DNA from: Kineococcus radiotolerans SRS30216 = ATCC BAA-149
GTDB taxonomy: Bacteria > Actinomycetota > Actinomycetes > Actinomycetales > Kineococcaceae
Direction of reading: 5' to 3'
DNA length: 32,000 bases
NCBI RefSeq assembly: GCF_000017305.1
Contig: NC_009664.2
Span: 2,070,001-2,102,000 of the forward strand
Shown: piece after piece, positions 24,399 through 31,503 of the stretch
Layout of the letters: the number at the start of each line of letters is the position of its first letter
How positions within the stretch are numbered: the first letter of the stretch is position 1
Made by a program: the position numbers and the translations under genes
The notes under the pieces: model-generated
Told to the model about the DNA's origin: nothing
The model's input: only the letters and a program-made list of their open reading frames with translations
The model's database searches: none

Positions 24399-24857
24399 GT
24401 GGCGACGAATCCCCGGCCGGTCCTGGACGCGACCGATCACCGCATCCTGGAGCAGCTGCAGCGGGACGGGCGGATCAGCGTCGCCGACCTGGCCCGCGCG
24501 ATCAGCCTCTCCGCCAGCGCCACCGCCGAGCGTCTGCGCCGCCTCACCGACACCGGCGTCATCACCGGCTACAGCGCCACCTTGGACCCGCAGGCGCTGG
24601 GCTACGACGTCACCGCGTTCGTGCGCCTGGCCTACCCCACGGGCAACTACAAGCCGTTCCACGACCTGCTCGACACCACCCCGGAGGTCGTGGAGGCCCA
24701 CCACGTCACCGGGGACGACTGCTTCGTCCTCAAGGTCCTCGCCCGCTCCATGCGCGACCTGGAACGCATCACCGGCAAGCTCGCGACCCTGGGCGGCATC
24801 ACCACCAGCGTCGTCTACTCCAGCCCGCTGCCGCGCCGGCGGCTGGACCCGGCCTGA
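24399..24857 (+). CDS. Lrp/AsnC-family transcriptional regulator
   Basis: 152 aa from GTG 24399. HTH (LDATDHRILEQLQRDGRISVADLARAISLSASATAERLRRL), then an RAM/AsnC_trans_reg domain. Divergent from the rhodanese gene. Confidence 0.88.
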   Translation: MATNPRPVLDATDHRILEQLQRDGRISVADLARAISLSASATAERLRRLTDTGVITGYSATLDPQALGYDVTAFVRLAYPTGNYKPFHDLLDTTPEVVEAHHVTGDDCFVLKVLARSMRDLERITGKLATLGGITTSVVYSSPLPRRRLDPA

Positions 24858-24906
24858 GGGGCGGGGGCGCCCCGGCGGGGTCGGCCCGCGTGCGAGGGTG
24901 GCCGGC

Positions 24907-25458
24907 GTGAGCGACGAACTCGTCCGCACCGAACGCCTCGTGCTGACGCGCCCGGTCCCCGCCGACGTCGACGACGTCTTCGCCCTGTACTCCGACCCGG
25001 CGGTGTGGGAGCACTACCCCAGCCGCCGCCACACCCACCGCGGGGCGACCGAGGAGCTCCTGGCCCACGTGGAGGAGAGCTGGCAGGTCATCGGCCTGGG
25101 CAGCTGGGTCGCGCGCGACGCGGAGGGGCGGCTGATGGGGACCGGCGGCTGCGACCTGCGGCTGGGGCTGGCCTGGAACCTCGGCTACCGCCTCGCCCGC
25201 GACGTCTGGGGGCGGGGCCTGGCCCAGGAGATCGTCCGGGCCGGGATCGCCGCGTCGCAGCGGGTCCGTCCCGACATCGCCGTCACGGCCTACCTGCTGG
25301 CGGGCAACGCGCGCTCGAAGGCGGCCGCCGAGCGCGCGGGGCTGGACCTCGTCTGGACCGGTCCCGACGCCGGCAACCCCGACCCGGACGCGGTGCGGCT
25401 GCTCTACGCGGACCGCCCGCTGAGCCGGATCGTGGTGCGGGAGCTCACCGCGACCTGA
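24907..25458 (+). CDS. GNAT-family N-acetyltransferase
   Basis: 183 aa from GTG 24907, about 7 nt after GAGGGTGG. TERLVLTRP N-terminus and RGLAQEIVRAGI...NARSKAAAERAGL core, typical of RimJ/RimL-like GNATs. Confidence 0.8.
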   Translation: MSDELVRTERLVLTRPVPADVDDVFALYSDPAVWEHYPSRRHTHRGATEELLAHVEESWQVIGLGSWVARDAEGRLMGTGGCDLRLGLAWNLGYRLARDVWGRGLAQEIVRAGIAASQRVRPDIAVTAYLLAGNARSKAAAERAGLDLVWTGPDAGNPDPDAVRLLYADRPLSRIVVRELTAT

Positions 25459-25537
25459 CCGGGCCCGGTGCGCCCGGCCCGCGGAACGCCTCCGCCGGGG
25501 CGGCGGCGCGGGTTACCGTCGAGGCTCGGTCGGGCCG

Positions 25538-26764
25538 GTGGACGGGGGTGGGACGGTGCGTCGACGCTGGGTCCTGACCGCCGGGGGCACCGGTCTCGTG
25601 CTGGCCGCGGCCGGGGCGACGGCGCTGCCCGAGCGCACCGAGGCCGCACCCGTCCCCCGCCTGCTGAACGACGCGTCCTGGCACGCCGCCGACGACGGCG
25701 CCGACGCGGCGTGGCTGGCCGAGGGGGTCGTCCCGGGCGCCGGGGGCCCCTACGAGGCCATGGTGCGGCAGGGGCTGCTGGACCTGCGGGCCCTCACCGC
25801 CGCGAGCGGGGCCGTGGCCGCCGGGCCGGCGCCGAGCTGGCGCTACGCCTGGCCGCGGGACTCCGCCTTCGCCGCGGTCGCGCTGGCGCGCACCGCCCAC
25901 CCGGGGGACGCCGACCGGGTCCTGGGCTTCCTCGCCGACGTGCAGCTCGACGACGGCGGGTTCGAGGCGCGGTACCTGCTCGACGGGGGCGGCACCCCCG
26001 ACGGCCGGCGGCGCCAGGACGACGGGGCCGGCTGGGCGTTGTGGGCGCTGCGCGAGGTCCTCGACGCCGACCCGTCACCGGCCTCGGCCCGGGCGCGGGC
26101 GGAGGGGGCGCGGGCCCTGCTGGAGGCGGCGACGGAGTTCGTCCTGGACCGGACCGGGGGCGGGGAGGAGCTGCCCGAGCCCTCGCCGGACTACTGGGAG
26201 CGGCGCGAGACCCGCCTCACCCTCGGCACCGCGGCGCCGCTGGTCGCGGGGCTGCGCGCGGCCGCCGCGGTGCACTCCCGGCTGGGCGAGCGCCGCCGCG
26301 CCCTGGCCGTGGGCCGCGCGGCGGACCGGTTGCGGGCGCTGGTCCGCGAGCGCTTCGCGCCCTCCGGCTTCGCCCGCTACGCCGACCTCGACGAACCCCC
26401 CGGCGGGGTCGACGCGGCGGTCGCGTTCCTGCTGCCGCCGTTCGCGGCGCGCGCCGAGCCCGACGTCCTCGCCGCCCTGGACCGCTACCAGGTCCAGGCC
26501 CGGCGCCCGGCCGGGGGGCTGGCCCCGGGGGCGGGCTGGCGGCGGGACGGGGTCTCCTGGACCCCGGAGACCGCGGTGGTCGCGCACGTGGCCGCGTGCA
26601 GCGGCCGGACCGGGCAGGCCCGGGCCTGGCTGGACTGGCTGGACGCGCACCGGACCTCGTGGGGGTCGATCCCGGAGAAGGTCCTCGCCGACGGGTCCCC
26701 GGCCGGGCCGGCCCCGCTGGGCTGGTCGGCGGCCGCCGCGGTGCTGGCCGTCGCCGCGCTCTGA
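25538..26764 (+). CDS. Tat-exported glycoside hydrolase family 15-like (alpha/alpha)6-barrel protein
   Basis: 408 aa from GTG 25538 (GTG 25556 possible). Twin-arginine signal VRRRWVLTAGG...AAAGA. The YAWPRDSAF and QDDGAGWALWAL blocks resemble the GH15 glucoamylase/glucodextranase catalytic domain. Substrate unknown. Confidence 0.7.
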   Translation: MDGGGTVRRRWVLTAGGTGLVLAAAGATALPERTEAAPVPRLLNDASWHAADDGADAAWLAEGVVPGAGGPYEAMVRQGLLDLRALTAASGAVAAGPAPSWRYAWPRDSAFAAVALARTAHPGDADRVLGFLADVQLDDGGFEARYLLDGGGTPDGRRRQDDGAGWALWALREVLDADPSPASARARAEGARALLEAATEFVLDRTGGGEELPEPSPDYWERRETRLTLGTAAPLVAGLRAAAAVHSRLGERRRALAVGRAADRLRALVRERFAPSGFARYADLDEPPGGVDAAVAFLLPPFAARAEPDVLAALDRYQVQARRPAGGLAPGAGWRRDGVSWTPETAVVAHVAACSGRTGQARAWLDWLDAHRTSWGSIPEKVLADGSPAGPAPLGWSAAAAVLAVAAL

Positions 26765-26840
26765 CCCGCGACGGGGGGACACGGCCCCGGAACGGGGGGC
26801 CCGCACCGGCGTCCGCGGCAGATCGGGACGTGTGGAGGTC

Positions 26841-26871
26841 TTGCGCACACTCGCACCTTGCGTGTTAGCTT
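26841..26871 (+). promoter_or_regulatory. Candidate cspA promoter (TTGCGC ... extended -10 TGT-TAGCTT)
   Basis: -35-like TTGCGC at 26841-26846, a 19-nt spacer, then TGnTAGCTT with TAGCTT at 26866-26871. Lies in the lowest-GC stretch of the region. Implies a leader of about 155 nt. Pattern match only. Confidence 0.3.
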
Positions 26872-27033
26872 CCCCACGGCTGCAGGTCACCGCAGCTCCT
26901 CGATCGTTTCGTACGCCCGCGGAGTGTGTTGCGGGCGTCGCACGGGTCGACCGGCCCGGTGTGACGTTCCCACTCAGCCCGGGTCCCGTGGAAGGCGCGG
27001 GGCCCGACCCGACTGGAACGTGTTGGAGAACGA

Positions 27034-27237
27034 ATGGCTCAGGGCACCGTCAAGTGGTTCAACGCTGAGAAGGGCTACGGGTTCATCGAACAGGACGGCG
27101 GCGGTCCCGACGTCTTCGTGCACTACTCGGCCATCGGCGGCAACGGCTACCGCTCGCTGGAGGAGAACCAGCGCGTGGAGTTCGAGGTCACGCAGGGCCA
27201 GAAGGGCCCGCAGGCCGAGGACGTGCGCGCTCTCTGA
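27034..27237 (+). CDS. cspA: Cold-shock protein, CspA family
   Basis: 67 aa. RNP-1 KGYGFI and RNP-2 VFVHY motifs. [18 protein letters not shown] is nearly invariant in the family. Confidence 0.97.
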   Translation: MAQGTVKWFNAEKGYGFIEQDGGGPDVFVHYSAIGGNGYRSLEENQRVEFEVTQGQKGPQAEDVRAL

Positions 27238-27252
27238 GCGGGCGATGACTCC

Positions 27253-27291
27253 CCCAGGGCCCCCTCCCCCGCACGGGGAGGGGGCCCTGGG
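27253..27291. terminator. Strong bidirectional terminator hairpin after cspA
   Basis: Perfect 17-bp stem CCCAGGGCCCCCTCCCC / GGGGAGGGGGCCCTGGG with a 5-nt loop, 15 nt after the cspA stop. Confidence 0.65.
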
Positions 27292-27305
27292 TCGTTCCCG
27301 GCCCC

Positions 27306-27327
27306 GTTCGTGAAGGGTTTCACGAAC
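27306..27327. terminator. Second hairpin spanning the stop codon of the FetB-like gene
   Basis: GTTCGTGAA-gggt-TTCACGAAC, a 9-bp perfect stem. The minus-strand stop (27320-27322) lies inside the stem. Confidence 0.35.
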
Positions 27328-28072
27328 GCTCCGGGCGACGGGTCACCCGCCGGCCCAGACCGGTCGTGACGACGACGACGGCGATCGTCTCCGCGGCGAT
27401 CAGGCCGACGAGGACGAGCAGCTGCACCCTGGCCGCCTCCAGCGGGCTCGCCCCGCCCAGCAGCAGACCGACGAACGCCCCCGGCAGCGTCACCAGGCCG
27501 ACGGTCCGGGTCTGGTCCAGCGCCGGGGCCAGGGCCCGCGCGGCGGCCGTGCGGCCCAGCGGCGCCAGGGCCTGCGCCGGGCTCGCCCCGATCGCGAGCC
27601 ACCCCTCCACGCCCGCCCAGTCCGCGGCGGCGTCGTCGAGCATCCGCCGCCCGGCCAGCGTGGTCGCGGTCATGGCTCCCCCGACGAGCTGCGCGGTGAA
27701 GGGCAGGACCTGCAGGACGCGGGGTTCCAGCGCCCCGACCCCCACCACGACACCGGCCGCGACGGCGGCGCCACCGCCGATGGCGAGCGCCGTGAGGGGC
27801 CACGTCCCGGGCGAGCGCAGCCGGCGGGCGGAGGTCCAGGACGCGACGCCGAGGGCGAGGGCGAGGTAGAGCGGGGCCAGCGCGGGGGTGCGCAGGACGA
27901 GGCCGAGGACGAGGCCGACGGCGACGACCTGCCCGAGCGCGCGGGCCACCACGACGACGACGTCGCGGCCCTGCCGGATCCCGCCGAGGCGTCCCGCGGC
28001 GACGGCGACGGCGGCGAGCAGGACGAGCGCGAGCGCGACCGGCCCGAGCTCGGCGGCGGTGGGGGTGCTCAC
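27320..28072 (-). CDS. UPF0014/FetB (YbbM)-family ABC-type permease, putative iron export permease
   Basis: 250 aa, GTG start, about 7 TM helices. The conserved block LDQTRTVGLVTLPGAFVGLLLGG is typical of FetB/YbbM. No FetA-like ATPase gene is adjacent. Confidence 0.75.
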   Translation of the reverse strand: MSTPTAAELGPVALALVLLAAVAVAAGRLGGIRQGRDVVVVVARALGQVVAVGLVLGLVLRTPALAPLYLALALGVASWTSARRLRSPGTWPLTALAIGGGAAVAAGVVVGVGALEPRVLQVLPFTAQLVGGAMTATTLAGRRMLDDAAADWAGVEGWLAIGASPAQALAPLGRTAAARALAPALDQTRTVGLVTLPGAFVGLLLGGASPLEAARVQLLVLVGLIAAETIAVVVVTTGLGRRVTRRPERS

Positions 28073-28120
28073 GAGGACCCGGCGCGGGCCGGCACCCCCG
28101 GGCCGCGCCGACCCGGGCCG

Positions 28121-28165
28121 GCCGTCACCGGGCCAGCCGTCACCGCGCCAGCCGGTACCGCAGGT
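28121..28165. repeat. 15-nt tandem duplication spanning the GNAT stop codon
   Basis: GCCGTCACCGGGCCA (28121-28135) and GCCGTCACCGCGCCA (28136-28150) are 14/15 identical, followed by a degenerate third unit GCCGGTACCGCAGGT. On the coding strand this reads ...RLAR*RLAR*. Confidence 0.8.
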
Positions 28166-28730
28166 CGCTGCGGACGGCCGGCCACTCCGACTCGAGGATC
28201 GAGAACACCACGGTGTCGCGGTAGGAGCCGTCGGGCCAGACGTCGTTGTTGCGCAGGACCCCGTCCTGCTTCGCGCCGAGGCGGGCGATGGCGGTGCGCG
28301 ACCGCTGGTTGTGCCAGTGGGTGCGGAACTCCACGGCGATGCAGCGCAGCTCCTCGAAGGCCCGGGTGAGCAGCAGGGACTTGGTCTCGGTGTTGACGCC
28401 GGTGCGCTGGGCGCTGGGGGCGTAGAACGTGGAACCGATCTCCAGCCGGCGGGCCTCGGGCCGCACGCTCATGAAGGTCGTCGCCCCGCAGACCTCGCCG
28501 GTGTCGAGGCGGCGGACCGCCCAGGGGGCCATGCTCCCCTGCGCCTGCAGCTCCAGGCGGCGCTCGATCTCCGCCTCGACCTCGTCGGGGGCGGGGATGC
28601 GGGTGTACCAGGTCCGGTGCAGGTCGCCCTCGGCGACGACGGCGCGCAGCCCCTCGGCGTGCTCGGGCGCCAGCGGCTCCAGCGCGACGCGGTCACCGGA
28701 CAGCGGGACGGGGGTGGAGAACGCGCTCAC
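28140..28730 (-). CDS. GNAT-family N-acetyltransferase (RimJ/RimL-like)
   Basis: 196 aa, GTG start. VALEPL..EHAEGL N-terminus. The GVNTETKSLLLTRAFEEL...NQRSRTAIARLGA core is typical of Acetyltransf_3-type GNATs. Confidence 0.85.
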   Translation of the reverse strand: MSAFSTPVPLSGDRVALEPLAPEHAEGLRAVVAEGDLHRTWYTRIPAPDEVEAEIERRLELQAQGSMAPWAVRRLDTGEVCGATTFMSVRPEARRLEIGSTFYAPSAQRTGVNTETKSLLLTRAFEELRCIAVEFRTHWHNQRSRTAIARLGAKQDGVLRNNDVWPDGSYRDTVVFSILESEWPAVRSDLRYRLAR

Positions 28731-28752
28731 ACCCCCGACCCTAGCGCCGGGC

Positions 28753-30324
28753 TCACTTCATCCAGCGGCGCAGCTTCTTGCGGTTGGCGGCGTCCCAGGC
28801 GCTCTCGACGTCGTGGAAGGCGACGGCGGAGCGGACCTCGGCGAGGGCGTGCAGGCGGCCCAGGACGAAGGCGCCGGAACCGAGCTCCTCGACGAGGCCG
28901 GCGAGGAACTCCCGGGCGACGACGGTCCCGGCGTGCTCGTCGAGGAGGTCGAGCAGGTCCCGGACGACGTCGACGTACTCCTCGGCGGCCTCCCCGACGC
29001 GGGGGGCGAGCACGGCGGCGGCGTCGCGGGCGGCGGCCGCGGCCGCGCGCAGCCGGGTCAGCGTCCGCGCGTCGTCGGCGGTGGCGCGCTCGACGTCGTG
29101 CTCGATCTCGACGTGGGTGTCGAGGTCGAGGTCGCGGTAGGCCTCGCGGGCGGCGCGGTGGGCGTCGGCGACCAGCGGCAGCAGCACCTTGCCGGCCTCG
29201 CGGCGGGCGGGGCGGGCCGTGGGCGGGTCGGCGACGAAGGTCTCCAGGGCGGCCACGAGGTCGCGGTAGCGCTGGGAGTCCAGGGCCCGCAGGACCTCGG
29301 CGTGCGCGGCCCCGGCCCGCTCGGTGAGGACGGCGCGCACGCGGTCGGCGACGACGGCGGGGTCGCCCGTCCCGCTGCCCGCCACGTACCCGGCGGCCTC
29401 CTCGTCGAGGTCCTCCAGCAGCTGCTCGGTGAGGACCTCCAGGTCGCGGGCGGAACCGGTCACCTCGATCAGCCACGTCAGCTCGGTGCGCAGGGCGTCG
29501 GTGGTGCCCTCGGCGAAGACGGGGGCGAAGGTGCCCAGGACGTGGAGCAGGCGCCGGGCCGCCCCGCGCAGGGACCGGACGGCGTCGGGGGCGTCGATGC
29601 GGGCCAGCGGGTCCTGGGCGAGCAGCCAGCCCACGTCCTGCGCGAGCCGGCCCAGGACGACGGCCCCGGCGCTGTCGTCGACCGAGACGGCGTCGTCGCC
29701 CTCGTCGTCGGGGCCGTCGAGCACGGCGCGCAGCTGCGCGGTGCGGTCGGACTCCTCCGCGCCCAGCGCCTCCCAGGCGTCGGCGATCGCGTCGAGCAGG
29801 TCGCGCCGGCCGTCGACGACCTCGGCCTGCCACTCCGACCAGGTCTGCGCGGCGGAGTCCTCCGGGGACAGGGCCCGGGCCGACACCTCGCGGGTGGTCA
29901 GGCGCGCGACGACGAGGCCGTCGGCGTCGAGCAGGTCGCGCTGGTGGGCGGTCGTGGTGAGGGCGAGGACGGGGCCGAGGGTCCGCCCGCGGGCCGCGGC
30001 CCAGGTGAGGCGCTGCAGCGCAGCGGGTGCGGTGCGGGCCGCGCGGCCCAGGGCGTGACGGACCTCGTGGGTGCGGGGGCCGCGGCCGGGCACCTCGAGG
30101 ATCCAGCCGCGCGGGGCGGGGCTGGTCCGGTCGCCGGTCTGGCGGCGCACCGAGACGCCCGCGGCGGCCAGCGCGAGGTCGGCGGTGTCGAAGTGCGTCT
30201 CCTCGGTGGTCACGTGGACCGGGGCGGCGACGTCGGCCACGCCGGGCAGCTCACCGGCTCCGGGAGCCGGGGCGGACGTCGGCGCGAGGTAGGTGCGGGT
30301 GAGGGCCAGGCGCGGGGACGGCAT
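28753..30324 (-). CDS. CYTH-CHAD two-domain protein
   Basis: 523 aa from ATG 30324. The six codons from GTG 30342 include GTA GAT CTA, which is atypical for this genome. CYTH-like N-terminus (THFDTADLALAAAGVSVRRQTG...GWILEVPG). Long helical CHAD region with the C-terminal HDVESAWDAANRKKLRRW block. Confidence 0.8.
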   Translation of the reverse strand: MPSPRLALTRTYLAPTSAPAPGAGELPGVADVAAPVHVTTEETHFDTADLALAAAGVSVRRQTGDRTSPAPRGWILEVPGRGPRTHEVRHALGRAARTAPAALQRLTWAAARGRTLGPVLALTTTAHQRDLLDADGLVVARLTTREVSARALSPEDSAAQTWSEWQAEVVDGRRDLLDAIADAWEALGAEESDRTAQLRAVLDGPDDEGDDAVSVDDSAGAVVLGRLAQDVGWLLAQDPLARIDAPDAVRSLRGAARRLLHVLGTFAPVFAEGTTDALRTELTWLIEVTGSARDLEVLTEQLLEDLDEEAAGYVAGSGTGDPAVVADRVRAVLTERAGAAHAEVLRALDSQRYRDLVAALETFVADPPTARPARREAGKVLLPLVADAHRAAREAYRDLDLDTHVEIEHDVERATADDARTLTRLRAAAAAARDAAAVLAPRVGEAAEEYVDVVRDLLDLLDEHAGTVVAREFLAGLVEELGSGAFVLGRLHALAEVRSAVAFHDVESAWDAANRKKLRRWMK

Positions 30325-30373
30325 GAGCCGTAGATCTACCACGCGGCGGTGAACGGACCCGCATCCCCGCAGG

Positions 30374-31027
30374 TCAGCGGCGGTCCAGCCGCAGGACCCC
30401 GTCCTGGCCGGCGGCGGTGCTCCCGTCCTCGCCGGTGGTGGTCCGCTCGACCAGCAGCTCGCGCGCGACGGTCCACTCCGCCTCGGGCAGGGCGAGGCGC
30501 CGGCGCAGCTCGCCGGGGGAGGGCAGGTCGACCTCGGCGCCCTCGGCCCGCCAGCGCGCGGCCTGCTCCTCGGGGACGACGTGGTGGCCCAGGACGAGCA
30601 GCGACCCGCCGGGGGCGACGGACCGCGCGGCGCGCGCGAGTACGGCCGTGCGGTCCAGGAAGGCGAAGGAGTGCAGGAAGGAGGCGGTGACGAGGTCGAA
30701 GAGCCCCTCGGGGAAGGACTGCCCGAGGTCGTGGCGCTCGAAGCGGGTCAGGTCCCCGACCCCGGCCTCGGCGGCGTGGGCGGCGGCCCGGGCGATCGCG
30801 GTGTCGGAGACGTCGACGCCGGTGACGCGCCAGCCGAGGCGGGCCAGGTGCAGGACGTCGCCGCCCTCCCCGCAGCCGAGGTCCAGGGCGGTCCCGGGGG
30901 TGAGGTCGGCGATCGCGTCGACGAGGGCGGGGTTGGGGCGGCCGCTCCAGACGTGGCCGTGGCCGGAGGAGTACATCCCCTCCCACAGTTCGCGGGCGTC
31001 CCGGGCGGTGAGGTCGAAGTTCGGCAC
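30374..31027 (-). CDS. Class I SAM-dependent methyltransferase
   Basis: 217 aa, GTG start. Motif I ALDLGCGEGGD, post-I VTGVDVS, motif II/III region FDLVTASF, PGGSLLVLGH. Confidence 0.87.
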   Translation of the reverse strand: MPNFDLTARDARELWEGMYSSGHGHVWSGRPNPALVDAIADLTPGTALDLGCGEGGDVLHLARLGWRVTGVDVSDTAIARAAAHAAEAGVGDLTRFERHDLGQSFPEGLFDLVTASFLHSFAFLDRTAVLARAARSVAPGGSLLVLGHHVVPEEQAARWRAEGAEVDLPSPGELRRRLALPEAEWTVARELLVERTTTGEDGSTAAGQDGVLRLDRR

Positions 31028-31067
31028 CCCCCGATCGTGCGGCCCGCGCGCCGCGCGGTCGAGCCTC

Positions 31068-31084
31068 CTTGCCGACTCGGCAAG
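31068..31084. repeat. 7-3-7 palindrome CTTGCCG-act-CGGCAAG in the divergent intergenic region
   Basis: Read directly. Lies 41-57 nt upstream of the methyltransferase start. Candidate operator or RNA hairpin. Confidence 0.6.
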
Positions 31085-31090
31085 ACCCGG

Positions 31091-31130
31091 CGGGACGGGG
31101 CGGGACGGGGCGGGACGGGGCGGGACGGGG
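31091..31130 (+). repeat. Four perfect tandem copies of CGGGACGGGG (G-quadruplex-prone)
   Basis: Read directly. Decamers at 31091, 31101, 31111 and 31121, flanked by degenerate partial units (gacccgg before, cggggcggcg after). G3/G4 runs are separated by 1-2 nt on the + strand. Confidence 0.95.
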
Positions 31131-31168
31131 CGGGGCGGCGACGCGTCGACGGCGGGGCGCGTCGCACC

Positions 31169-31174
31169 TACACT
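31169..31174 (+). promoter_or_regulatory. Candidate -10 hexamer TACACT positioned for a leaderless transcript of the 31183 ORF
   Basis: TANNNT pattern ending 8 nt before the ATG. No SD sequence is present. Lies in a locally AT-richer patch. Confidence 0.3.
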
Positions 31175-31182
31175 GACGTTTC

Positions 31183-31503
31183 ATGCACGAAGGATCGTCG
31201 TCGGACGCGGCGCAGACCCCGCGCTCGCTGCAGCGTCCCCGGTCCCGCAACCGCTTCGTGGACCTCTTCCTCGACGCGGCGTTCAGCTTCACCGGCCCCG
31301 CCCAGGTGTCCCGGGACGAGGCACCCCCGCGCGGGCCGCGCACCGAGGAGGAGGCGCGAGCCGGGTACGCCCAGTGGGAACGGGTGACCCGCGGCGGCCA
31401 CACCTACCTCGTCGAGCGCCGGGTCCCCGCCGAGGACCCGGGCGAACCCGCAGGATCCGGGGAACCCGGGGAACCCGGGAGCTCCAGCACCTCCAGCAGC
31501 TGA
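31183..31503 (+). CDS. Hypothetical protein (106 aa)
   Basis: ATG start and high G/C third-position bias through about codon 85 (..YAQWERVTRGGHTYLVERRVP..). Low-complexity GEPGEPGSS tail. No family recognised. The 3' 100 nt overlap the convergent amidoligase ORF, so one of the two ends is probably shorter than shown. Confidence 0.45.
   Translation: MHEGSSSDAAQTPRSLQRPRSRNRFVDLFLDAAFSFTGPAQVSRDEAPPRGPRTEEEARAGYAQWERVTRGGHTYLVERRVPAEDPGEPAGSGEPGEPGSSSTSSS

Noticed and set aside
31091-31130. Tandem decamers as a CRISPR array
   Set aside because: The units are 10 nt and directly abutting, with no spacers, and there are no cas genes in the window. It is a simple microsatellite-like repeat.
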